64,000 nt of DNA. Source: Phallusia mammillata (lineage: Eukaryota). Both the position numbers and the translations under genes were made by a program. Shown piece after piece: positions 27,592-43,949 of the stretch (the stretch's first letter is position 1; each line of letters opens with the position of its first letter). The stretch is taken from contig OZ281497.1 of the NCBI GenBank assembly GCA_965637545.1, forward strand, positions 5,022,001-5,086,000. Direction: 5' to 3'. The notes beneath the pieces were generated by a model. That model ran no database searches and was not told the origin of the DNA. It saw only the letters and a program-made list of their open reading frames with translations.

Positions 27592-30500
27592 GTTCGTATG
27601 GCCAAATCGTGTACCAATAAAAGCTTGCATTCAGAGTTATACGTGGATTAGAAAAATTTGTAAAGAATACTTTCTCTCCTGGATAGTAATTACAAATAAA
27701 ATAATTTAAAATTTAGTTGCCGAAAAAAACATGATTGTGCTGCACCGGATATATTTGCAGTCGCCTTCGTTGCAAAATGTATTTACTTTTGAAAGAAAAG
27801 TGGCGCGTATCGTATGTTAGGTTTAAATTTAAAAATAAAGGTTTCAGTTTTTATGCAATAATGTCAGTCAATGCCACGACGGACATATCCGATGTAGTCA
27901 GGTGGACATCTAATGTTCTGAGAAATGTTTGGAACAAAGAGACTATTCTAAAAGCAACATCATATTCAGAAGTTTGTAAAATTGTACAGCACTGAGAACA
28001 AGTGCACTAGCAGTAAAGTTGAGTTCTATCTTAGGTCTCTTAGATATCTTGGTGTATGTGTATTTTTTAGCCTAAGAAAATCCATTTTTCAGCATTGTGT
28101 GCATTGGTGGCTTATTTTAGGCCTTTTATTAAGCATAAGTTTTTTGCTGCAGGACACATTTTATCCCGTTTAATTCAGCAATGCCATCAAGCACAATTTG
28201 TAAAATACCTTTCAAACCTATAAAGGTACTCCATCCCAGATCCCACCCAGTGTATTTGGGTATAAATGTATTAAAGGTGTTTGAATGATTTTTTTATTGG
28301 GTTGTCTACTTAATTCTTTTCTTTCTCTAAACATGTTCATTGTCAGTGTGGCATGTACATTTAGTGTTTTGGTAAAATATTTTTTTTATTGATTTACATA
28401 CTGTTATAATGAGAGGTGCAGGTGCAGGTTTCCTGCCCACCCTACAACTGTTTTTTCTGTTTGTCCAACATTTAATAACGTCTGTAAATAGGTAATTTGT
28501 AAATAAATAAAAAGTAAATCACATCAAGCAAGCTTATCTTGCTTAGTTTGTGAAAATTATATAATTTAACTAGCTAACTTGAAATGTAACCAACAAAGAA
28601 ATATTTTCATGTTTTTGTTGGTTTAATGTTTATTTTTTGTAAAAAAGTAAAGCTGACAGAGACACGTTAACTTTTTTAGTGGGTTCTTATCAATGTTTTA
28701 TTTATCAGGCTTGCCATACACTAGCTATTGATGTTTTCATATGACTCTACAATGGATTGTCCAGAACTCTGCAACACCATAGTTGGTTTTAAACATTTTG
28801 GAGAAATCAATGGAGAATTAGCATCCAAGAACAAATTTTCCACACAGCTGGTGGAAATTCATTTTACAATGCCAAAAGTCTGAAGTGTTAATAATGGAAT
28901 AAATCAGGAAAAATCTGCATACAAGGTATGTTAAAAGCTAAGTATATTCATACCGTTCTGACTGTACAGTTATATGCATCTTGACTCTTTGAGAGTCACT
29001 TGTCTATATTGTGCCTTAGTGCACTTGTCATGGCAAAAAAGCCACAAACGTGCAAAGACATAGCTGGTATTTTTAGTTAGGTATGTTGTTGCGTATGAAC
29101 AAAAACCCTGGTGACCGACTGCAGCACCAAAGAAATGGTATACTTGTATGTTATTGAATATCATTTTATTGTCTTTGTTTACAGGAAGTGCTTATTGAGT
29201 GACTGACCCGACTGTTGGATTTTGCGATATTTTACAGTTTATGTGCAACTACTAATTGAGACTGGAACAACGTGTTTGTCAATTTGCTTGGCGGTAACAG
29301 TGAATTTGAAAACTCCACATGGTATATGGATCAAAATGTCAAGTGATGATGATGTTTTAAAAATGATCTATTTTTTGTGTGGTCACAGGTATGGGGAGTT
29401 TTTTTTCAAAATAACATTTTTCATGTTATAAAATGAATGTGAATTGGTGCAATATTACTACTTTTTTAATGAGGTTCATTAAGTACTATTGTACTTCATT
29501 AACAAAGTAATGATAACGTGCAAGTGCACATATTACACATGACAACAATGGTAAGTTGGACTATTGCCTTCAATAACATTCTGAGTCCACATTTTTAATG
29601 GTGGAAATATTTAAACTTGGCATGGACACATGAATCATGCAAAACAAACAGACAAACAAAATGGGAATCAATACTCACACAATTTGGAATGAAACAACAT
29701 TTGTGAAGTGACCTGCAGGCTGGAAGACAAGTTTGCTACCACATTTTGTGTACATCTTTGCTAAAAAATGGTACAGGTAAAGGAAAAACATACAAAAATC
29801 CACTCAAATTCTGTTCATGGGACCGCAGGTTGGATGATGGCAACACACAACAAGAATTGTATCAAAAACTTTCTGTAATGGTGTTGGTTTTATGTAAAAT
29901 TTCATGGTTTATTGTCTGCATTTGACTTATTTTTGTTTTAAACATACATTTATAAGAAATATCGGCTTAAAATCTTACCAGGTAAGTTAAAAATCTTGCT
30001 TTTTTCTGGAACCTTCACTTCTACAGCAATCACAGAAGGGTGAAACCTTTCAAAATAAATGTAGAGTTCTTATTGAACTTTTACCTACACAGCACAGGGA
30101 AACCATATTTGTTTTGAACCCACCACACGGTAAACGACAGCTTGACTGGTTCGTGGGAATGCAACAGATGCACAATATGTTTGTTCCCACGACAGCATGT
30201 CTACCTTTATCCTCACAGGAAAGTCCATTACCCTGTTGGCAGACAGTTAGACATTGACGTTTTAACGGAAGGTTGATGTTTCACAATGTAACCGGAAAAC
30301 GCCGCAAAAATTATTTGCTTTGGATTTGTAAGGTCTAAACTACAAGCTTAACCTATGTATTAATATTCCTGGGTTTTAATTTACTTGCAAAATGTAACTT
30401 ACAGTGCTTAGACATTATATACAATGGCATATTTGAAGTTCTTTGCGTTAGTTATAGCGCAGGTTTGTTTCATCACCTGTAAAGCAGTAAAAGAAAACGA

Positions 30501-31309
30501 GTTTTTCGTTGTTGGACTTTCACCACTACAACCTGTATACGAAAGAGTAAGTTGTCAATGTATGATTTGGATTCCTTTTGTCATGGGTTAAATATCCATT
30601 GCATTTAAAAGTTTACTTTGGCTAAAAGGTTCTTGACCAAATATGGTGCTTCTTTCACGAGTAAATTGCATAACCGAACTATGGTCACATCGCAAAACAA
30701 CAGGGCTCAAACCTTTTCTACAAATGTTGAATATTTCAGTATTATCAAATGAGCAATTACGCTTTGTTACATATAAATTGCAATTATCCGCTATTCCCTG
30801 AAGCGTCTATGCTACCAGAATGTTTCTTTTAAATGGCTTTTGTTAATAGGGACTTACTGCCCACAACTTAAAATCGATTCTGCATTTTACTTCATCTGTC
30901 ATCTTGGAAGTAGGTCTAGATTTTAGCCCCAGTGATCATAATATGTATAATCTACGCTCATTTTATTACGCTGTTCAAATGCACTAATAGAGAGCTAAGA
31001 GAATATATATTCATTACTGGGATAAGCACTACAGCAGTTCGACATCACGCCTTTTTAACAGGCGCGGCGTACAATGTTCCGCGTTCATTTGTAGACCTAA
31101 GCTTCGGAATCTCAAGAACACATTCTTAAAACAAACGATTTTTACAATCTTTTCGCCGTTTCTTAATATGTTACATGTAAATTGGCAAACAAACATTGGA
31201 AAGGAAATCGCCAAAGCACGTGATAGTGAAACATATGCATCATATAATATGGGTCTGTCTCTAATTTGGAGTCACTAATTCTGCACAGTGGGTATATAGG
31301 CAAAAACAG

Positions 31310-32430
31310 TTATGCTTGCCATTTCGCAAACAAATATACAACACCAACAGTAATTATTGTTGTATGTGGTGAAGCATGGAAAGGTGAATAAGTTGACCTT
31401 GCATTTATTGAACCGTGTTCGTAATTTGTCGTTGGTGTCAAATTGACTGTAAAATGTAACAGACAAGATATTTGATTGTGTTACTGCCATTTTGCACCAA
31501 AACATGCAAACTGTAGGCCTATGTGCTAGCTAGACTGCTGACACATTTTAATAAACTAAACAGTTCTATTAGAAGTCCTTATTCCAATACTATATATTTA
31601 TAAAACCAACCTGGAAGTGATGGTGACGTAATTGTTGCGACTGTAACAAGAGTAATGACGTGTTAGTTCGTAAAAGGACATCTTTAATTTAGCGACAACA
31701 TCAAGTAAATTTTCTGCACTAACATTTTCGTATCCAGGAATTGTATTTTGCGACTCGTGTGTACCCCAGGATTTTTGGCTTGTGCACAATCTCTTCCAAA
31801 AGACGTCCTATCAGGAACCACGTGCTTTCGCCGATAAAACGCACAAGTGGTCCACCTGAGTCGCCCTGTAAAATACTGTTTATTTGAATTCTTTATTGTC
31901 AAGCTGCACCTGCAGAGTTTTTAAAGATGACTCGTCACAGATGGTAGGGCCCCTTCGACGAGTTACACCAACATTACCCACCCCGGTCGTGTTATACTCA
32001 CAGTGCGCCAAACTTCCGCCAAATAACCCTTTATCAAATGGTGTAGCTCCTGCGCGTTCGGTCGTGACCCACCAACTGTTTCACCCACTATTTTGCCCTC
32101 CATAGCGTTTTAACGTTGGGCAGCTATTTCCGGCTTGTAAATGACTTAGTACAAGTGTGTAGCCTGCGTATTCTATTCTATTATCAAGCGAAATAAATTA
32201 GACTGAACATTGTGACAGGAAATAAGGCAAACCAAGATCAACTCATAAATAGTTGAATCGCATAAAACATATTCCTACCAATTGCCAACTATTCTGTATT
32301 CTGGTTTACCTGGCACGAGTCCACCCCTCCCTTCTTATTATCCCCAGCGCAAATTTGAGTTTCCGATATAGCACTGTAGGACTTTCGGCAAACGTCTTGG
32401 TCGACAATTGGAACTCTGACTTGGTGTATT
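31310..32430 (-). pseudogene. Truncated trypsin-like protease pseudogene (3' exons only; paralogue of 38874-43212)
   Basis: Exon ASNHDMP*AIHQVRVP...GGVDSCQ has TCA>TAA. The GDSGGP exon has a small deletion relative to the paralogue's GVTSFG that shifts the frame. No CUB, LDLa, His or Asp exons are found upstream before the shared promoter block at ~33150. Confidence 0.85.
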
Positions 32431-32516
32431 GCTTACGGCATGTCGTGATTGCTTGCTACAAAATAATCAAAAGTTTTTGCTACCCTTGTAAAAGCTTCAA
32501 GCGAGTAAATGATAAC

Positions 32517-32564
32517 CTGCAGACAGTGCACACTGTTTCGACCTATAGAGTCTCATCAGTGCAG
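32517..32564 (-). ncRNA. Complete type I hammerhead ribozyme (family B)
   Basis: Reverse strand CTGCA-CTGATGA-GAC tctatag GTC-GAAA-CAGTG tg CACTGTC-TGCAG: all core nucleotides, G10.1-C11.1 pair, full helix III, GUC site, 5-bp stem I. Confidence 0.85.
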
Positions 32565-33149
32565 CTGGTGACGGGAGATAGGCCGTATTGGTTTAGCCAT
32601 CCAACGGCACTCCTCTAGTTTGTGCCTAGTTGTGGATTAGAACAAAACAGATGAGGCATGGTTTTACAGCCCGTTTCTTCCAACAAGCTGGAGTGCCGTT
32701 TCGATGGCTAGCCAATACGGGCCATCTCGCATCACCAGCTGCACTAATAATACCGTATATGTCGAATCAGTTGGCACTACATGCTGCTTATGTCTTTACA
32801 CTTGTTTTTAATGAATACACAGAAACGCGATTTCGACAAATGTTAATAAAACATGCTAGTCAAATGGTTAGAAGTTCAGTACTTACATAATTTCCTTCGA
32901 CATGTTTAAAGTCGAATTTAGTACCGAATTCCAACATGAGATTGTCATTTACATTTTTTAAGGGGGCCACAGGTCCTACAGGGTTGTGTTGACCGATACA
33001 TACAGAATAGTTTGCAATTGGCAGGAATTTATGTTTTATGTGATTCAACTATTTAAGACTTGACCTTGGTTTGCCTGACACAATGTTGAGTTAAGTATAT
33101 TTCGCTTGAAGAATAGAATACACAGGCTATGCACTTGTACTGAATCATT

Positions 33150-33610
33150 CACAAGGCAATTTCCGTTCTATTTCTTCGCCCTTGACATAGAATAAAAGCT
33201 ATTTGAAAACGTTTCTTTGTCGAGTAGCTTTTGTGTGTATAGAACGCTTAAACTATTTACCAATCACCGCTTAGAAGTCTGTTTGTGGTTGATATTGCAG
33301 GTGTTGGATCAAAAAGTTTTGTATTGTACTTTGATTTGTGCGAAAATCAAGTTATGCGGCAAGTGGTAACACGTAAATAAATAACCCTCCGACCTTGTTA
33401 GCTTTGACATTGAATTAGTGGCTTCGAAAAATACAAATTACATTGCCACACGTTACTCCAAACAATAGCTGGACCAGGCTAATTTCTTTTGAACTTGTAG
33501 CAATTAAAGTCGACAACGTACCATACATGATCGAAACGTCAAACATGTATAGGCGGACTACAGTATTACTCATTTTATACATGGTATATCGTATAAACTA
33601 ATCGTGACAA
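33150..33610. promoter_or_regulatory. Candidate bidirectional promoter between head-to-head trypsin and CUB genes; twin at ~43500-43930
   Basis: Non-coding block strongly conserved between the duplicates and located between divergently oriented genes. Confidence 0.45.
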
Positions 33611-36600
33611 TGTTGAATTATCTAAGTTGGTGGTCTGGCGCCTTGTGCTCCACAAGTTGCCCGAAAACGTTGGTATTTTGTTTTGTTTATGGTTTAAACG
33701 ATACGATGCTATAGTTCCACGGTTAGTGTTACAAAGATATTAGTAAAAGAAAACTCCACAGAAAAAATAACCTGTTACTCATTTATGTTGCTCCTTCTGA
33801 ATCAAATAGACAAAACGTTTCAAAAATTACGAAGAAAGACATTCATTGTTGCAGTACGATACAAAAAAGTCCCCGTTTCCTTGACCTCATATAATTTTTG
33901 CGAAACTATTGCTTACCCGGTTCCGAAACGAGGTTTTGTTGACAGATACAGGTCTCACAAGAGTGGAGTGTAGTCAGTGAACCGCACCAGGTCCAAAAAT
34001 ATTATATCTCAGAACAAAGTTTATCAATTTTTTATGTTGCTCTGAATCTGAAAAACATTGCAGAAGAATGTCGCATGAATCATATTGGTTCTCTAACTCA
34101 AATAACCAGGCATATAGATAAAGTTATGCTTGAAAGGGTTTTATTAAACATTTCGCACCTGCACATTATTGTTTTTCTCTCAACGGCTCTGTGTGACTTT
34201 TCCAGTGTCCCGATAAACATTCTTATTGTTTACGTTGTAGGCGAATGTTTTGTGGCCCGTTCCGCCATCGCCGATCAATGACCTTCAAAACCTCAAGGTC
34301 GCCATTAAGAACATGGGTGAAACAGCTGGTGACGTCGGTTTTCACACGTATATCCCCGATTCCGCTGAAATGACTTCATTTACTATGCACACGGAAGGAG
34401 TTGCTTACAAAGGAATGAAAACTGACCGCAAGGGAGCGCAGGAGATGCTCGATAAAGCAATAAAGGGCGATCACGTGGCTGTTATGCATTCCTCGAAACG
34501 TCTAACAGGTGAACTGCAATTTCGTAGTATTGCAGGTTTGCAGTAAAATACGGTTATAGTTTCATTTCAACTTCAATTGCTAGTCAGTGCAATGCTGTTG
34601 CTGCGCTTTTTGCAACCATGCGAAATGGACCGAACTATTCAAATAAAGACACTGCAACAAGGCAACTTTATACTAAAACCTTAATAGGCAACAAATAGGC
34701 CCATGGGTGCCGGTACGTAAAGGCAAGAGGAGGCACAAAGTCAGTGAATGACCAAACTAGCGTGTCTGCTTTATACAGTAAACGTTTTTATATGTTGTTG
34801 CCGTAATCTCTGCCGTTTTGCTGTATTTAGAACAAACAAACTGGTGCACGTGATAAGAATGATACGGCTTTTAGGCAACGTAGTCGCACTGAATATAACT
34901 TGCGCCCATATTTACGTAGTTACAAGATATCGTAATCCATCCATATAAGTATGTATGCGTCAAACCTAGCCTCCTCTTAAATAAGGTGTTGCTGCCTGGA
35001 TAATATCAAGTTTGTAGAGCTCTTCTGGAAAATGAAATTTTATTCCGACGTTTCGACGTCCCATACGGGTCGTCTTCATCAGGGTAAATAACACTGAATG
35101 CGACTAGAGTTTATCGTGGACTGCCTATTCTTGCTAAATTTTGTGCCGGTGCCCACGAATAGGGTTTATTATGTCGATGTACATGAATCACAGGTTAATC
35201 CAGTTGTAAGACATCACTTAAATCCAAACACCAATTTTTGTAACTTACTTTTAGCTTATCTTTGTGCCAAACTTTTGCAGAAACCTTCGTCACACAACTG
35301 CAATCGGCAAAAAACACGATCCACATCAAAAGTAACACCGAGATTGCCTTTAACATCGAGTACAAAATAACCGTGCCAGACGTGACCGACTCCGATGTGA
35401 AGATACAAAACAGGGCCCAGGTGGTATTTGATCTTTACGGCTCCACTGTTCAGGATTTGGTGGGTGAGATATTTTCTCCCAACTATCCTCAACCTTATCC
35501 AAACTCTGCTGACATCGCGTGGCTAATTCGTGTGCCTGAGGATAAAATAGTGCAACTTAATATCGTTGACATAGATATCGAGGAATGCTGCGACCGACTT
35601 ACCATCTATGACGGTAACTCTGTTGATGGACCAGTTATTGACATTATATCGGGTTCATTGACCAATTCGAATAGCTTTTACCGTTCCACTGAAAATAGTA
35701 TGTGTTTACATTTTACTTCTGACCTTTCAGGGTCAAAAAATGGATTCAAAGCTACTGTTTCTTATGATGTAAGATTTACTGCTGACCTGTACCCAAAAAC
35801 ATTCTCTTATGTACCAGAAAAACCAAAAGTTTCCAATTATAATGCTTTAAATTGTTCTGCCACAGAGGATCTATACCCTGAATCGTGTGCTTTATATACT
35901 TTAGCTTCACCCAATTATCCCAGTCAGTATTTCAACGACATTGACTGCTGGTGGTACATCCGCCTCCCTTATCAAGAAAACCTAATAGTCTCCTTGGAGA
36001 TTACCTACCTCGACTTGGAAACAAACTACGATTATCTCCGTTTATACGACAGTAGTTTATTGCTTGCTGAATTAACTGGAACGACTTATTCACCAGACCC
36101 ATATATTGCAGTCGTTTATATGTCTGTTAACTTTGTAACCGACAAATCAGTAACAAAAGGCGGCTTTTTTGTGCAGTATGAAGCACTACCTTCACCCCAA
36201 TGCAACGAAACTCAACATCTGATTGCTTACGCTCCTTCCGCCCGCTATCTACAATCACCAAACTACCCATTTTATTACTATAATATGCTACATTGCACAT
36301 GGAGTATATATACTCAATCTACAGATTTGGTGGTGCGATTATTTGCATCTGGGATCGACCTTGGAAATTTTGAAGATAATTTATTGTTTTTAGATGGTCC
36401 TTCGTACTACTCCCCACAAATTCCGTATCCGTCTCAATTTCTGCTTTCGACAGGCTCCTACATGTTTGTAGTATTTAATTCTGACGACAGTACTCCAGGC
36501 AAGGGGTTCAGTCTTGCGTATATATCTGTATACCGGTACCAACTAATTAATGAAAACAACGCAATAGCTGCCTGCTACGACGCACATTACATGGACATTA

Positions 36601-37277
36601 ATCCATATTTTTACCTTTACATATCGTTGAATTACCCCGGCATGTACGATAGCAATATGTCTTGTAGTTGGAAAATTCAAACAATGTATCCAGGATACGG
36701 TATTGAGTTACAACTAAACGATGCCCGCTTTGGCCAAGGCGATGGTATCGTTGTGTACGACAGTTGGGATTCAACTTCTTCTGCTGTTATATCTGTGTAT
36801 TCAAACACCCCTAACCGTTTCTTTGTCAACTCCAGGCAGATTACCATAACCTTTACTTCTGACGCAAATTACAACGATTACGGCTTTTTGATCTTATTAA
36901 AAGCCGCACCAATGAACCCTGCCTGTAACTATGGAGTTGAAACTCTTGACATTTATGATGTACCAACCTATCTTACGTCACCAAACTACCCAAGCGGATT
37001 GTATTCCCTACAAGTGTGTACTTGGACCATACACGCGCACAGTGGAGATTACATAATGCTTACTGTGCACGACCTTAGTGTTAATGCTTACGACCATGTT
37101 ATGTTTTGGGATGGCTCGTCTACAGCGGACCCTTTCTTGGCAGAGTACTATCAAAATTCCTATGAGTCTCCTTTGTATTCTACTGGCAACTATATGACAG
37201 TCCAGTTTGTTACCATGCACAGTCTTTACTCTGGTTTAGGTTTTCGATTTCTACTAACTCCCCAAACTACTGGATGA
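33610..37277 (+). CDS. Extracellular protein with an unrecognised N-terminal region plus five tandem CUB domains; CUB part is one ~2 kb exon (35281-37277)
   Basis: The 671-aa ORF has five SPNYP/SLNYP...C.W.I...D....YD...F.SD....GF units. Upstream exons inferred from in-phase GT/AG sites at 33610-33672, ~33945-34120 and 34240-34509. CUB call is strong; the 5' model is tentative. Confidence 0.8.
35040..35091 (-). ncRNA. Minimal type I hammerhead motif (family A)
   Basis: Reverse strand TTATTTACC-CTGATGA-A-GACG a CCC gtat GGG a CGTC-GAAA-CGTC-GGAATAA; GUC triplet and extended stem II. Confidence 0.75.
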
Positions 37278-38873
37278 TTCCTATTATAAATCAGCTCCTT
37301 TAAAAATTATTGGATTTTGTGAAGATATATAATTAATTATTGGTGTCATACCTTAATGTAGGCTGTGGAAAATGAATGTTTATTTAAACGTAATTTTTTA
37401 AATTGCAACGTTTGGGTAATTTATGGTGGCAGAGGCAATTTAAAGCGGTGCAAAAGCAAATCATTTTTGAGGTATTAAATAAACATGTGAACAGAAATAC
37501 CACAAGCGTGTCATGCTATGGAGTTTAGCCAATGGAAGAACGAACGAAAAAAACTATCAAAGTGACTTCAAATGAATGTTTAACGACCCTCACTTTTCTT
37601 AAACTCAACATTCAGTTCCCTTTTTTCCGACGCCAATGTACCTGTGTTTTGTGTGTATTGCGCGTACTGATTAAATAGAGGTACGTGACAATAAAGGCAC
37701 GCACTATCTTCTGATAACAAGCAAACAAACAAGCATAATTTCGCAAGGAAGTATTAAATTATACCACATTTTGCGGTAACGTTTTCATTATATAAAAAGC
37801 TTTTGAAAATTTTATGTACAAAGAAAATTAAACAGTTTTAGGGATTATAACAATAAAAAAAGAATTCATTTGCATGTAATATAAAACAAAACACAACTAA
37901 TGACGATTTGGTTAAAAAGTCACTGTACTGTACGAACGGTACAGTGTTGAAGCCTATACATTTCGCCACAAACTAGGAAAAGATGTGGGGTCTTCGGCCC
38001 ATGAATATCAAAGTTCAAGATTAAAATAGGTTTTGCAGCTAAATAGTGTTGATTCTGATTGTCAAGCTGTATTTCGACAGATATATTGGCCCATACAGAT
38101 AGGAAGGGGGACAAGAAAATGTTTCTTTTCTTCTCGTGCTTGGTGGTGGCCCTTGACTTCATGCCGAAGCAATTACTCTGTTCAATGGGCCCCTGGTGAC
38201 GTTGATGACATAGTAACGAAGACTAATAACAATTAGGCCACTTACATGCGATTTGTTGGAGTTTGTCACGGGATAAGTTTTCGTTCTGTGGTGTTGGATA
38301 TGTTTGTGGTTTCAGTTCAGGATTTTGTGTATCATGTACCAAACATAACAAAAGCTTAAAATAACAAAAATTTTGAAGGAGTCTTTTGTTAATGCGGCGT
38401 GTGCATGCAATAATTTTCTACGAATATTTTTTTCTGTTATAGACTAAGTCTAGGCTATTTAAATACTAAAACGTCCGTGGCACCAGAATTTACCTTAAAT
38501 TCACACGGACATGCAGCCATCAACGAAAAACTAATCCTGCCTTCTTCTGTCATTTTTGAAGTAGACTTAAGCTGCAGTGACCATAATAGGTATAATTTAC
38601 CCCCATTTTATTACGCTTTTCCAATGCACTAACAGAGAGCTAAGAGAATATATATTCATTAGACTACCGGGATAAGCACTACAGCAGTAAGGCATCATGC
38701 GTTTCAACGGGCCTGGCGTACCATGTTCCACGTTTAGAGAATATGAGTTTAAGCCCAATAGAAATCGCATGAACACATTCTTAAACCAAAAACCTTCTGC
38801 AATCTTTTCAGCGTTTCTTAACAAGCCTATGTTACATGTAAATTGGCACACAAACATTGGAAAGTTATGCTTG

Positions 38874-43212
<4,339 letters not shown>

Positions 43213-43949
43213 TTTTGTACTCTATTAATTTAGCAGAAATTGTTTTCCTTGCAAACAACAAAAAAATGTTTGATACTTTTTTCCAAATTCGAAACTTTCT
43301 GGTTTAGTATTTATCCGATTGCAAATTTTAGCATCAAAATGGCTCGGTTATGTTCAAAATTATACACTTACAAAACTGTTAGACAATCTAAACTCTGCAA
43401 AAAGTATACATCACAGTACATGTTTACCACAAATGCACCTGTTGCTGGTTCAACCTTTTAGTCTGCAAAATTTCCAATATGTTTACGATTATATTCACCA
43501 TGAAGGCAATTTCCATTCTATTCTTCGTCGTTGACATAGAATAAAAGCTATTTGAAAACGTTTGTTTGTTAACTAGCTTTTGTGGGCAAAACACGCTTAA
43601 ACTATGTACCCATGACCTATTAGAAGTCTGTGTGTGATTGTTATTGCAGGTGTTGAATCAAAAAGTTAATTTTACTTTGATTTGTGCACAAATCAATTTA
43701 TGCGACAAGTGGTAACACGTGAATAAATAACCCTCCGACCTTGTTAGCTTTGTCATTGAATTAGTGGCTTTGAAAAATACAAATTACATTGCCACACGTT
43801 ACTCTAAAAAATAGCTGGACTAATTTCTTTTAAGCTTGGAGCAATTAAAGTCGACCACGTATCAATACATGCTCGAAACTTTAAACAACTATAGGCCTAC
43901 AGTATTAGTCATTATATACATGATACAGTACAAATTAATCGTTTCAATT

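Noticed and set aside
29185-29390. Several in-frame TGA codons suggesting a selenoprotein
   Set aside because: Stops of other types occur in neighbouring patches, no SECIS was recognised, and TGATGATGA is GATGATGAT in another frame.
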